Of a stretch of 64,000 nt of DNA, positions 25,689-35,894 are shown one piece after another. Origin of the DNA: a virus (Duplodnaviria > Caudoviricetes); IMG/VR virus record IMGVR_UViG_3300037781_000006, positions 11,107 to 75,106 of that record; one strand, 5' to 3'. The notes under the pieces were generated by a model. The model was not told where the DNA came from. It saw only the letters and a list, made by a program, of their open reading frames with translations, and did no database searches. The first letter of the stretch is position 1, and every line of letters begins with the position of its first letter. The position numbers and the translations under genes are program-made.

Positions 25689-27294
25689 GTTCTTCGGAAA
25701 CAAGACGGTAGACGACTACCTGAACGAAGTGGATTTCGACTGGCTGAACAACGGGGGGTACATTCCTTCGAAGTTCAGCCTCGAATTCATGAACTTCATC
25801 AAGCTGTGCAACGATGGCCGGGGAGAAGACAACAAGACCCCGGTCATGCACTTGGCTATGCTCGACAAGCTGCCAACCAAGAAGAAGAAGATCACCAACC
25901 TCTGTGCTCGTGGTACTGCGAAGACCACACTGATGGCTGAATACCTGACTCTGTATCTGGCGATGTTCAACAAGATTCCCGGATTCGGAAACGTCCCCGG
26001 AATGCTCTACATCTCGGATTCGATGGACAACGGTGTGAAGTCGATGCGGGAATCGGTGAAGTCTCGGTACTACTCGTCTGAGTTTCTTCAGCACTGGCTT
26101 CCGGAAGAGGGAGTTCGATTCACCGAGAACTACATGGAATTCTTCAATCGAAATGGTGGTCGTTTCGGTGTGAAGATGTTCGGTGCAAAGTCTGGTATCC
26201 GGGGTACGAAGATTTTCAACCGTCGTCCTGTTCTGGCTGTGATGGACGACTTGATCTCTGATGCTGACTCGAAGTCACCCACTGCGATGGAAGCAATCAA
26301 CGATACGGTCTACTCCGGTGTTCAGTACGCTCTGGATCCGACTCGTCACAAGATGATCCTCAACGGAACCCCGTTCAACAAAGACGACATCGTGTACCAA
26401 GCAATCGAGTCTGGTGCATGGGAAGTGAACGTCTGGCCGGTCTGCAAAGAGTTCCCTTGTGAACGGGAAGAGTTCTCTGGAGCTTGGGAAGACCGATTCA
26501 CCTACGATTACGTCAAAGAGATGTACGATGCGGCTGTGATGGAAGGCAAAGAGAAGTCGTTCCGTCAGGAGCTTATGCTTCGGATCACCAGTGATGAATC
26601 TCGCTTGGTTCAGGAGAATGAGATCGGATGGAGGTCTCGTCAGGAAATCCTTCAGAAGCGGAAGGACTACAACTTCTACATCACCACTGACTTTGCCACT
26701 TCGTCTAAGCAAACCGCTGATTACACTGTGATTTCTGTGTGGGCTTACGACAAGGATGGCCATTGGACATGGGTCGATGGTCTGTGCGAACGTCAACAGA
26801 TGGGCAAAACTATCAATGATCTGTTCGCATTTGCACAGGAGTACCAGCCTCAAGGTGTGGGAATTGAGGTCACTGGTCAGCAGGGTGGTTTCATCCCTTG
26901 GGTGATGGCGGAAATGGATCGTCGAGGTGTGTACTTCAATCTCGCTCACGACCCGAAAACGAAGAAACCGGGGATCCGTCCGATGACAGACAAACTGTCA
27001 CGGTTCAATCTCGTGGTTCCATTCTTCAAGGCTGGGAAGATTCATTTCGCTCGTGAGATGAAAGAGACCAAGACGGTCGGTCTGTTCATGGAGCAGATCA
27101 GTCTTGCAACTCGGGATGGTATTATGGGCAAAGACGACTGCCTAGATACGATCTCCATGCTGACGGTCATGAACCCTTGGAAACCAAACCCAGAAGAAGA
27201 CCAAACACCGGAAGAGGTATCGACTGTTGACCCTATCTGGGGTACAGAGGCCGAGACCGACGAAGAAGTTGGAATTGATGCCTACGTGGTATGA
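25681..27294 (+). CDS. Terminase large subunit (N4 gp68-like)
   Basis: Walker A RGTAKTT, Walker B VMDD, RNase H-like TTDFA, KDDCLD. Confidence 0.93.
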   Translation: MSKFFGNKTVDDYLNEVDFDWLNNGGYIPSKFSLEFMNFIKLCNDGRGEDNKTPVMHLAMLDKLPTKKKKITNLCARGTAKTTLMAEYLTLYLAMFNKIPGFGNVPGMLYISDSMDNGVKSMRESVKSRYYSSEFLQHWLPEEGVRFTENYMEFFNRNGGRFGVKMFGAKSGIRGTKIFNRRPVLAVMDDLISDADSKSPTAMEAINDTVYSGVQYALDPTRHKMILNGTPFNKDDIVYQAIESGAWEVNVWPVCKEFPCEREEFSGAWEDRFTYDYVKEMYDAAVMEGKEKSFRQELMLRITSDESRLVQENEIGWRSRQEILQKRKDYNFYITTDFATSSKQTADYTVISVWAYDKDGHWTWVDGLCERQQMGKTINDLFAFAQEYQPQGVGIEVTGQQGGFIPWVMAEMDRRGVYFNLAHDPKTKKPGIRPMTDKLSRFNLVVPFFKAGKIHFAREMKETKTVGLFMEQISLATRDGIMGKDDCLDTISMLTVMNPWKPNPEEDQTPEEVSTVDPIWGTEAETDEEVGIDAYVV

Positions 27295-27304
27295 GGAGTG
27301 AGCC

Positions 27305-27973
27305 ATGCTATTCACAGATTTCACTGCCAAGCTGGCTCGGGGCCAACTCAAGAACACGGCAGCCGTGGATGATCAAGATCTTGGAGAACTGAACCCCGGA
27401 CACGAGGATCAGATTCTCGAACTGACGAATCAGGGGCTGGTGGATATCAGCACCAAGCTCAAGCTGTTCGAGACGACGTTCGCCCTGTCCTTTGTCCCCG
27501 GACAGAACATCTACACTCTCGACGACACGCTCGACCCGATTTTCACCGATTATGTACGGCTCTTGTCCGTACATGCTGTTCCGGTTGGCCAAGCTGTCAT
27601 CCCGGAAAACGAGAAAACCTTCGTTCCGAAGAGCAACAACCAGATCACGTTGCCTTCGCCAAACACTGTCCGATTCACAGATGCCTTCATGCGAGACTAT
27701 GGTCCAGCGGCAGATCTGAAGTTTCAGACTCGTCATCCGCAGATCACTCTCACAGATGCGATGCAACTTCCGTATCATCTGTATGAAGCTCTGGCATTGT
27801 ACGTTTCGGGCCTGTATCTCAACCACATGGGTGGGGAAGAAAACACAGGACGCGGAAATGCTTACTACGGCCTTTATCTGAAGATGATGGGTGAAGATGT
27901 TCGAGAGAACAAATCCCAGACATCAGAGGTCGTGGACGAGGATACTCGCTTCCAAGATCGAGGATTCGTCTGA
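27305..27973 (+). CDS. Head-tail adaptor/structural protein (N4 gp67-like)
   Basis: 222 aa after TerL; LP...EALALYVSG, FQDRGFV terminus. Confidence 0.65.
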   Translation: MLFTDFTAKLARGQLKNTAAVDDQDLGELNPGHEDQILELTNQGLVDISTKLKLFETTFALSFVPGQNIYTLDDTLDPIFTDYVRLLSVHAVPVGQAVIPENEKTFVPKSNNQITLPSPNTVRFTDAFMRDYGPAADLKFQTRHPQITLTDAMQLPYHLYEALALYVSGLYLNHMGGEENTGRGNAYYGLYLKMMGEDVRENKSQTSEVVDEDTRFQDRGFV

Positions 27974-28347
27974 TGAGCAACCAAGATCCAAACCTTCTGA
28001 CTGAGGTTTTCAACCAACGGGCTGCAATCCTGACGTTCTTCGGAGCGTTGGGCGGTTCTGTGCGTGCTGCTGTCCTAAAGACTTCTTGGAAGGAAGGGCT
28101 TCGTGTCGTATTCGTGGGGGGTGCCGTAGCGTTCGGCGTTGGCGTACTTGGACCTGTGATCATGAAACCTTGGATTGGAGATCTTCCTGACGAGATGGCT
28201 GGAGCAATGGGAACACTCACTGCTGCATCCTTTCTTATTGGCTTGGTTGCCGTGACTCTGGTCGAGCGTTTCATTTCGGGGGAATCAATCGAACCGACTG
28301 AACCAAAGCCTCGGGAATACGGTCCCGAACCGGAGGAAAACCAATGA
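27973..28347 (+). CDS. Putative holin
   Basis: About three hydrophobic segments with a charged C-tail, upstream of the endolysin. Confidence 0.6.
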   Translation: MSNQDPNLLTEVFNQRAAILTFFGALGGSVRAAVLKTSWKEGLRVVFVGGAVAFGVGVLGPVIMKPWIGDLPDEMAGAMGTLTAASFLIGLVAVTLVERFISGESIEPTEPKPREYGPEPEENQ

Positions 28348-28904
28348 CCAATCAGTATGTCCCGCAACTGCGTGTGGAGAAGACGACACGTAATCGAGAC
28401 GATCTTCGAGTGATGATCGCAGGGTCGGTTTTCTGCATCCTCATGATCATGGTTCAAGGTGCGTACACCAAGTTCCATGACGCTTTCATCGCTGAACGTC
28501 CATTCGTCAGTGCCACTGTGCAACTCATCTATGTGGATGAGGGTCTTCCGCCTATGGTTTTGTACGATGCCGATGCCAATCAGCCTGTGGCTGGAACGTG
28601 GACGGCTTCGATCTACACCGAAAATGATGTTCGTCTGAATTCCCGGAAAGGAAACGGGAACTACAACGACAACGAAGACGAATCCAAGCTCTGGAGTTGG
28701 AGTGGATGGTTCGACAATGAGCAATCAGATCCTCCTCCGATTCCTGCTGAACCGTTTTATGTATGTGTGCGGTACGATGTGGCCGCAAACGACTCCGGAG
28801 TAGACGACTCCACAGAGAAGTTCTGTTCTGAACCGTTCTATCCCGGAGAGCCAACGCGCAATATCCACATCGACACTCTCGTGAACAAGGAAATGGTCGA
28901 ATGA
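28344..28904 (+). CDS. Single-TM protein with periplasmic domain, in lysis cassette (antiholin-like candidate)
   Basis: TM VMIAGSVFCILMIMV followed by a soluble domain with two Cys. Confidence 0.5.
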   Translation: MTNQYVPQLRVEKTTRNRDDLRVMIAGSVFCILMIMVQGAYTKFHDAFIAERPFVSATVQLIYVDEGLPPMVLYDADANQPVAGTWTASIYTENDVRLNSRKGNGNYNDNEDESKLWSWSGWFDNEQSDPPPIPAEPFYVCVRYDVAANDSGVDDSTEKFCSEPFYPGEPTRNIHIDTLVNKEMVE

Positions 28905-29560
28905 GCATCACAGTTCGAGACTACCAAGGTCGAGTGAACGGTATCCTACGGGGTGCCGTTCTTGAGGTTGATGGGATCATGGGTCCGAAGACCCGTGCAG
29001 GCATCGAAAAAGCCATGCGAAAGCGAGGTGTTCGCCGTCGTCAGGATCTCTTTGATCGAGGGGTTCGTGGCATCGTCTGGCACTGGACAGCAGGAGCCAA
29101 AGGTTTCATCGAGATGGAACGGGAAGCCTACAACTTCCTGCACTCTGTCGATGGTGACACCATCCAAGGCGAATCCACCGTGGCTGAACAGGTCATGTAC
29201 GACTGGCGTCGTGGTATCGGTGCTTCTCACTGCAAGTCGATGAACACTGGCTGGATCGGTCAATCGGTCGATGCGATGGCAGGATCGAAGCAAGCGAATC
29301 CCATGGTTTGGGGTCCGAATCCCATCACATGGAAAGGTATCGACGCGATGCTGGAACAGTCCGCTGAACTGGTCGAGGAATACAACATTCCTGTGTCCCG
29401 GTGGACGACTCTTACCCATGCTGAAGTCGAACCGACTCTGGGTGTGAAGCAACGCTGGAAGTGGGACTATACCTGTCTTCCGGGTGACACCAATGGTTTC
29501 CAAGACCCTGTTGCTGTCGGCAACATTCTCCGGGAACGTCTGCTGGAGCGTTTCGTATGA
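28901..29560 (+). CDS. Endolysin, N-acetylmuramoyl-L-alanine amidase (Amidase_2) with N-terminal PG-binding segment
   Basis: VDGIMGPKTR; Zn ligands VWHWTAG, SHC, THAEV, KWD. Confidence 0.8.
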   Translation: MSITVRDYQGRVNGILRGAVLEVDGIMGPKTRAGIEKAMRKRGVRRRQDLFDRGVRGIVWHWTAGAKGFIEMEREAYNFLHSVDGDTIQGESTVAEQVMYDWRRGIGASHCKSMNTGWIGQSVDAMAGSKQANPMVWGPNPITWKGIDAMLEQSAELVEEYNIPVSRWTTLTHAEVEPTLGVKQRWKWDYTCLPGDTNGFQDPVAVGNILRERLLERFV

Positions 29561-29892
29561 TCGGTCAACGACAACTCATCGTTCTGGGTGTCAGCCTCTC
29601 CCTAATGGGAGGGGCTTTCGCCTATGGTGTCCACAAAGGAACCGTCTGGGAAGTCCAGCGGAATGTGGAAAAGAAGCAGGAGCTTCAAGAAGAAATCCTT
29701 GATCTGAACCTCACTCTCAACGAAAAGAACGCTGAGATTCTGAGGCTCAATCGTGAGAGGGAAGGACTGATCCATGAACTCGAAACTCAAGCTGTTGAAG
29801 CTGACGGTGCTGGGAATCCCGGCGTTGCTGCTACTGGGGGGTTGCGCCGGTTGGAGCAGCGATGGGGTCCAAGTCCAACCTCTTCCGACTAA
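29557..29892 (+). CDS. Inner-membrane spanin (Rz-like)
   Basis: N-terminal TM plus coiled coil, after the endolysin. Confidence 0.75.
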   Translation: MIGQRQLIVLGVSLSLMGGAFAYGVHKGTVWEVQRNVEKKQELQEEILDLNLTLNEKNAEILRLNREREGLIHELETQAVEADGAGNPGVAATGGLRRLEQRWGPSPTSSD

Positions 29893-30064
29893 CGTCTCGG
29901 AACCCTGTGATCATCCTCTGGATGTCATCAGTACCGTCCGTGGTACTTCCGTTGGTTCAGATGAAATCCGGATGGGCCGTCTTGGTGATGCTCTGATCGA
30001 GTGTGGCCAAGAAAAAGATATTGCTGTACAGGGTTACGAAGCATTGACCGAAATCCTGAAGTAA
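29774..30064 (+). CDS. Outer-membrane lipoprotein spanin (Rz1-like), overlapping
   Basis: Lipobox LLGGC; overlaps the i-spanin 3' end in another frame. Confidence 0.75.
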   Translation: MNSKLKLLKLTVLGIPALLLLGGCAGWSSDGVQVQPLPTNVSEPCDHPLDVISTVRGTSVGSDEIRMGRLGDALIECGQEKDIAVQGYEALTEILK

Positions 30065-30074
30065 GGGTCCACAC

Positions 30075-32450
30075 ATGGAAATGAATGACGAATACAAGGA
30101 CCAGTCTGGGAACCGGAATGAAATGTCCGGTTCTCAGGATGTGGACCCCGAAAAACTCGACACGGTTCAAGCAAAGCCCAAGCTGACCGAGTGGAAGAAA
30201 GAACCTGACCTTGCAGATCTGCGTCAGGATCTCGAATTTGCACGTCAGGAGACTGACGACCAGAAGAGCAACGTCGAGGGATGGCTGGACCTCCGGAACG
30301 CAACCGGGGCAGAAGCCCCGAAGAAAGCGAAACCGGGTCGATCCGCTGTCCAACCGAAGCTCATTCGCAAGCACAACGAATGGCGGTATCCGGCTCTGAG
30401 TGAGCCGTTCCTGAACACCGACCGGATGTTCCAAGTGCTGCCTCGTACCCACGAAGATGCAGCCAAAGCCAAGCAGAACCAGATTCTGCTGAACTGGCAA
30501 TTCGACACGAAGATCAACAAGGTGGACTTCATTGACCGCTATGTTCGGACTGCTGTCGATGAAGGTTCTGTGGTGGTTCGTGTCGGCTGGGAACAGGAAT
30601 ACCGGACGGAGAAAGTCGAAACCACGAACTTCAACTTCTACCCGGTGAGTGATGAGCAGGAAGCTCAGTTGATCATGCAAGCTGTGCAGATGATGCAAGC
30701 TGGTGTGCCTGACTGGGAGTCTCTGCCTGAGTCTCTCAAGGCTTCTGCGGAGAAGAGCTTGGAACTCAATCAGCTTGTCACTGCTGAACCTGATGGTGTG
30801 ATCGAAACCGTTGAAGAACGGATGGTGAAGAACTGCCCGTCTGTTCGGATCATCAACGTGGCCAACCTGTTCGTCGATCCGTCGTGTGATGGTGACTGGG
30901 AGAATGCCCAGTACATGATCCACACATACGAAGCCACTCCGTCGGAACTGAAAGCTCGGAAGGGTCAGTACCAGAATCTCGAACAGGTGAACTGGGAATC
31001 TGCCAAGATCCAGTCTCAGCACGGAAATCCGGACCATGAGTCCAGCACTCCGAACAACGACATGCGTACTGGCTCTGGTTCAGGGTCTGCTGACAAGCAG
31101 AAGGTTCTGGTCTACGAATACTGGGGTTTCTACGACATCTACGAAACTGGTGTCATGGTTCCCATCGTCGTGACATGGGTGGGTGAAACCATCATCGAAA
31201 TGCGGGAAAACCCGTTCCCGGACAGCAAGCCTCCGTTCGTCATCGTTCCGTATATGCCCATTCTCAAGTCGGTCTTTGGTGAGGCCGACGCATCGCTGCT
31301 CCAAGACAACCAGCGGATCATTGGTGCTGTCACTCGTGGGGTCATTGACCTCATGGGTCGCTCTGCCAATGCTCAGACTGGTTACGCCAAAGGCTTCCTC
31401 GATCCGATCAACAAGCGTCGGTTCGTGAACGGGGAAGACTTCGAATTCAACCCGAATGGGGATCCGAAAGCCAACATCCGTCAAATGGAATACCCGGAGA
31501 TTCCTCGGAGTGCTCATGAAACGATTCAGATGCAGAATGCGGAAGCTGAAGCTCTTACCGGAGTCAAGAGCTTCTCGGGTGGTATTTCTGGCGACGCTTA
31601 CGGTAGTGTTGCTACCGGCATCCGTGGTGCTCTGGACAGTGCTGCTACTCGTGAGATGAGCATCCTCCGTCGTCTTGCCAAAGGTATGCAGGACATCGGA
31701 ACCAAGATCATCGCCATGAACGCCAAGTTTCTGTCGGAGAAGGAAATTGTCCGAGTCACGAACGAAGAGTTCGTTGAGGTTTCTCGTGATGAACTGGAAG
31801 GTCAGTTCGATCTGAAAGTGGACATCTCGACTGCTTCTGTCGATGAACAGAAAGCGAATGATCTCGGTATGGTTCTCCAGACTGTTGGTCCGGATATGGA
31901 TCCGAGTCTTCGTCAGATCGTTCTCGGAAAGATCGCAGATCTCAAGCGGATGCCTGATCTCGCTGAACAGATCCGTTCCTACCAGCCGCAGCCTGATCCG
32001 ATTGCAGTGGAAACTGCGAAGATGGAACTTCAGAAGCTCAAGAGTGATATCGCTCTCGACGATGCTCGTGCAGAAGAAGCCCGTGCTCGTGCTGCGAAAC
32101 TGCTGGAAGAAGTCACCAACGATGTGTCTGGTGTCACTCATCAGCGTGAAGTCGAGAAGATGGGTGCTCAAGCTGCTGGGAACCGGAGTCTGGAAGTCAC
32201 CAAAGCCCTGTTGGGTGGTGAATCTCCTCTTCCGAATATCGAAGCTGCTGTCGGGTACAATGCTCTGGCCGATGCCAAGGATGACGTGAAGGCGAATGCA
32301 AACATCATCCCGCCTGTGGCCACTGGTCCTGCACCGGGTCAGCCTTCAGGTGCTCCTTCACTTGGTTCAGGGTTTTCAGACCCTTCCATGGTTCCGGAGT
32401 TCAGTGGGGGTGGACAAAGAGTCCCGATTGGTCCATTGAGCAGCCAGTAA
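30075..32450 (+). CDS. Portal protein (N4 gp59-like)
   Basis: 791 aa; VQPKLIRKHNEWRYPALSEPFL, ENPFPD.KPPFV, EAEALTGVKSF motifs. Confidence 0.92.
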   Translation: MEMNDEYKDQSGNRNEMSGSQDVDPEKLDTVQAKPKLTEWKKEPDLADLRQDLEFARQETDDQKSNVEGWLDLRNATGAEAPKKAKPGRSAVQPKLIRKHNEWRYPALSEPFLNTDRMFQVLPRTHEDAAKAKQNQILLNWQFDTKINKVDFIDRYVRTAVDEGSVVVRVGWEQEYRTEKVETTNFNFYPVSDEQEAQLIMQAVQMMQAGVPDWESLPESLKASAEKSLELNQLVTAEPDGVIETVEERMVKNCPSVRIINVANLFVDPSCDGDWENAQYMIHTYEATPSELKARKGQYQNLEQVNWESAKIQSQHGNPDHESSTPNNDMRTGSGSGSADKQKVLVYEYWGFYDIYETGVMVPIVVTWVGETIIEMRENPFPDSKPPFVIVPYMPILKSVFGEADASLLQDNQRIIGAVTRGVIDLMGRSANAQTGYAKGFLDPINKRRFVNGEDFEFNPNGDPKANIRQMEYPEIPRSAHETIQMQNAEAEALTGVKSFSGGISGDAYGSVATGIRGALDSAATREMSILRRLAKGMQDIGTKIIAMNAKFLSEKEIVRVTNEEFVEVSRDELEGQFDLKVDISTASVDEQKANDLGMVLQTVGPDMDPSLRQIVLGKIADLKRMPDLAEQIRSYQPQPDPIAVETAKMELQKLKSDIALDDARAEEARARAAKLLEEVTNDVSGVTHQREVEKMGAQAAGNRSLEVTKALLGGESPLPNIEAAVGYNALADAKDDVKANANIIPPVATGPAPGQPSGAPSLGSGFSDPSMVPEFSGGGQRVPIGPLSSQ

Positions 32451-32503
32451 GACTGAAGGGGGACTGAAACCTCGGTCCCCCGGTCCAATACTGGAGACTG
32501 TGA

Positions 32504-32893
32504 ATGGATCTGTACAACGCATCCATGGGGAACGAAGAAGAGTCCCCAATCGAACTCACCCTCGAACAATACGAAGAAGCCAAAGCGCATTACGGCACGA
32601 TCATCGAACGTGCTGATGCTGCCCGTCGTCTGGCCGACAATGACGACTTCAAGGCTCTCGTGATGTCTGGGTATCTCACCGACGAACCCCAACGACTGGC
32701 AGAACTCATTGCCTCTGGTCGGCTGAATGAGAAAGTCCGTGAAGACTGTTCTCGTCAGTTGGTTTCCATCGGTGACTTCCGTGGCTACATGAAGAACATC
32801 ATCGAACAGGGTCAGATGGCCCGTGATGAACTGGCCTCGCTGGAAGAAGCTCGTGACGAAGCAATCAAGAATGAAGAAGCGGCAGCCGGGTAA
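32504..32893 (+). CDS. N4 gp58-like protein
   Basis: Synteny between portal and gp57-like; L..N.DFKAL...GYL motif. Confidence 0.7.
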   Translation: MDLYNASMGNEEESPIELTLEQYEEAKAHYGTIIERADAARRLADNDDFKALVMSGYLTDEPQRLAELIASGRLNEKVREDCSRQLVSIGDFRGYMKNIIEQGQMARDELASLEEARDEAIKNEEAAAG

Positions 32894-32939
32894 TCCCGGC
32901 TTTCGCCATTTCCCCTAAGCCCAATGATGGAGAAGAATC

Positions 32940-34310
32940 ATGGCTGATACCCCCAAGACCCGAAGCGATTTCGAGAACATGAGTGATGAGGACTTTCTCG
33001 CACTGGATCCTGAAGACTATTCCGGAGATGTTCCGGAAGGAGAAACTTCACTGACCAGCGAGGAAGACGATCATGCAGTACAAGGTTCGAACGACCCGGA
33101 AGACGGAAACCAAGAAGAAGGCAATGATGGCGACGATCCTGACGGGTCTGACACATCTGCTGACGGTGGTGAGTCTGGCGAGTCCGACGATGGTTCTGCT
33201 TCCGGCTCCGATGACGAAGGCGAAGAAGGTTCGGAAGGTTCCGAAAACCAAGCTGACCCCATGGCCGGTGAAGGAACGGACACTTCCGGAGAGGAAGATC
33301 CGTCGAAAGGTGAGCAATCCGAAGCAGACGCCGGGGAAGAAGGGAAGACTCCCGATGCCGAAACCGGAGACGGAAAAGATCTGAAGGGGAAGGAAACCCC
33401 AGCGAAAGCTGGGTACTACAAGCTCCCCGACGGCATGGACACTGCTCAGGTGGATGCTGCTCTTGGTTTCTATTCCAAGATCACTGCTCCGTTCAAAGCT
33501 GACGGTCGGGACTTCACTGTCCGGTCTCCGGAAGACGCCATTCGTCTCATGCAGCAAGGCGTGAACTACTCTCGCCGGATGCAAGAGATCAAGCCGATGA
33601 AGCAACTGAATCGGATGCTTTCGGACCAAGGTCTGGACGATCCGAACAAGCTGAACTTCCTCATCGACTTGGCGAAAGGCGACAAGGGTGCGATCACACA
33701 GTTGCTGAAAAGCCACAAAATCGACCCGATGGACCTTGATCCGGAAAATCATTCGGGTTATCAGGCCAATAACTACGCTGGGAACCCCCAGTCGAACGAG
33801 TTTCGAGAAGCACTGGATGTGGCTGTAGCATCTCCCGAAGGGGCAGCACTGGTCACTCACATCCACGAATCTTGGGATGACGTTTCGAAGCGGAAACTTC
33901 GTGAAAACCCCGGTATTCTGGGCAATTTGACCGAAATGAAAGCAGCGGGGGTTTACGACAAGGTAGTCGAGGAGTTGAACTACCAACGCTCGATTGGCTA
34001 CTTGCAAGGGATTCCATTCCTGCAAGCCTTCGATCAAGTCGGAGAAGCCATGAAGAACGCTGGAGTGTTCAATCAACCTCAACCGAATCCCTCGCAAGGT
34101 GGTTCTATGGCTCCGCTTCAGTCGGGCCAACCTCAGAATCAGCCAGTTGCACAGGGGGCGAGGAAGCAGACGGGTACGAAGAAGCCTGTTGCCAATCCAC
34201 ATCTTTCTTCGACACCTCCCTCGAAGCAGACCGGGAACACGACCCCGAAAGAACCTGACTTCGATAAAATGTCGGATGAGGAATTCCTGAAGATGGCTCC
34301 TCCCGAGTGA
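32940..34310 (+). CDS. N4 gp57-like protein (scaffold; often annotated tape measure)
   Basis: Highly acidic N-terminal half; ITAPFKADG, LMQQGVNY; MSDE(D/E)F motif at both ends. Confidence 0.8.
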   Translation: MADTPKTRSDFENMSDEDFLALDPEDYSGDVPEGETSLTSEEDDHAVQGSNDPEDGNQEEGNDGDDPDGSDTSADGGESGESDDGSASGSDDEGEEGSEGSENQADPMAGEGTDTSGEEDPSKGEQSEADAGEEGKTPDAETGDGKDLKGKETPAKAGYYKLPDGMDTAQVDAALGFYSKITAPFKADGRDFTVRSPEDAIRLMQQGVNYSRRMQEIKPMKQLNRMLSDQGLDDPNKLNFLIDLAKGDKGAITQLLKSHKIDPMDLDPENHSGYQANNYAGNPQSNEFREALDVAVASPEGAALVTHIHESWDDVSKRKLRENPGILGNLTEMKAAGVYDKVVEELNYQRSIGYLQGIPFLQAFDQVGEAMKNAGVFNQPQPNPSQGGSMAPLQSGQPQNQPVAQGARKQTGTKKPVANPHLSSTPPSKQTGNTTPKEPDFDKMSDEEFLKMAPPE

Positions 34311-34338
34311 AACTCTGAGACACTGAAAGGAACACACC

Positions 34339-35781
34339 ATGGCTCAGATCTACAATGCACCCGAGGTCAACAAGGCTGGCAACCAGTCGTCTGTTGGTCC
34401 TCAGTTCAACACCCACTACTGGGATCGCAAATCGCTGATCGACGCCGCCGAAGAGATGTATTTCTCGCCGCTGGCTGATGCGAAGTCCATGCCGAAGCAC
34501 TACGGCAAAGAACTGCGCGTGTACTACTACGTGCCGCTTCTGGACGAACTGAACGTCAACGACCAAGGCATCGACGCCAATGGTGTGGCCCGTGTCCCCG
34601 GCACGTTCACTGTGACGTTCCCCAACCCGCTGACTGTCGCCAACGCTGGCTCGGCTGCTGCCGTGACTGCGATCAACGACAACGTGAACTCGGCCACTGG
34701 CACGGCAGAAACGGTTGCGACCGATGCTGCTGACGACACTGGTGGTACTGGTCTGACCCTCATCGGCATGACCGACTACGTGGTTCACTACGCGAACGAA
34801 ACCGATGCTGACGCTGCCATCACTGCGGCTGGCGCTGGTGTGAAGATGGAGAACGCTGGTTCTCTGTACGGTGGTTCGCGTGACGTGGGTACGATCCTCG
34901 GCAAGATGCCGACCCTGACGGAACAAGGTGGTCGCGTGAACCGCGTCGGCTTCACCCGTCTGGAGCGGAAGGGTGAAATCCAAGAGCACGGTTTCTTCAT
35001 GGAATGGACCGAAGACTCGCTGATGTTCGACACCGACTCGGATCTCTACGGCCACCTGAGCCGTGAGATGCTGCGTGGTGCGAACGAGATCTACGAAGAT
35101 CTGCTTCAGGCTGACCTCCTGTCGGCTGCTGACGTGAAGATCTTCCCCGGTGCCGCAACTGCGGTGGCGGAGATCTCTGGTGAGTCTGGCTCTGTCACGG
35201 CCCTCGATGTCGGTGATCTGAAGCGTCTGAGCGTCATCCTCGATGACAACCGCACGCCGAAGAAGACCCGCATCATCAAGGGTTCGCGGATGACCGACAC
35301 TCGCGTCATCTCGGCCTCGCGCATCGCTTACATCGGTTCCGAACTCCAGATCATGATCAGTGACTGGGCTGACTTCGTGCCCGTTGAGAAGTATGCGGAT
35401 GCTGCGACGATCATGAACGGTGAGATCGGTGCGATTCCGACTGCTCACCTCCGGATCATCGTGGTTCCGCAGATGATGCGCTGGCAGGGTGTCGGTGCTG
35501 CTGAGTCGAGCAATGGTGGCTACCAAGCCACTGGTGGTCGCTACGACGTGGCTCCGCTGCTGGTCATCGGTGACGAAGCGTTCGCAACCATCGGCCTTCA
35601 GGGCATGGGCGGAAAGGGCAAGTCCAAGTTCCGCATCATCGTCAAGAAGCCGGGTGAGAAGACCGCTGACCGGACTGACCCCTACGGCAAGATCGGGTTC
35701 TCCTCGATCAAGTTCTTCTACGGCTTCATCAAGCTGCGTGGGGAACGGATGGCCGTGGCCTACAGCCCCATCCCTGAGTAA
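34339..35781 (+). CDS. Major capsid protein (N4 gp56-like) with insertion domain
   Basis: MPKHYGKELRVYYYVPLLD.LNVNDQGIDA, LPTLTE.GGRVNRVGF, DPYGKIGFSSIKFFYG. Confidence 0.95.
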   Translation: MAQIYNAPEVNKAGNQSSVGPQFNTHYWDRKSLIDAAEEMYFSPLADAKSMPKHYGKELRVYYYVPLLDELNVNDQGIDANGVARVPGTFTVTFPNPLTVANAGSAAAVTAINDNVNSATGTAETVATDAADDTGGTGLTLIGMTDYVVHYANETDADAAITAAGAGVKMENAGSLYGGSRDVGTILGKMPTLTEQGGRVNRVGFTRLERKGEIQEHGFFMEWTEDSLMFDTDSDLYGHLSREMLRGANEIYEDLLQADLLSAADVKIFPGAATAVAEISGESGSVTALDVGDLKRLSVILDDNRTPKKTRIIKGSRMTDTRVISASRIAYIGSELQIMISDWADFVPVEKYADAATIMNGEIGAIPTAHLRIIVVPQMMRWQGVGAAESSNGGYQATGGRYDVAPLLVIGDEAFATIGLQGMGGKGKSKFRIIVKKPGEKTADRTDPYGKIGFSSIKFFYGFIKLRGERMAVAYSPIPE

Positions 35782-35803
35782 TCTCAGGCACATACCACTG
35801 ATT

Positions 35804-35830
35804 GAGGCACCTTCGGGTGCCTCTTTCATT
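35804..35830 (+). terminator. Rho-independent terminator after MCP
   Basis: GAGGCACC-TTCG-GGTGCCTC followed by TTTCATTT. Confidence 0.8.
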
Positions 35831-35894
35831 TCTTGCTCTGGTTTTTAGGCTGTGTTAAGCGACACGCACCATGGTAACTCAAAGGATCAACCCA

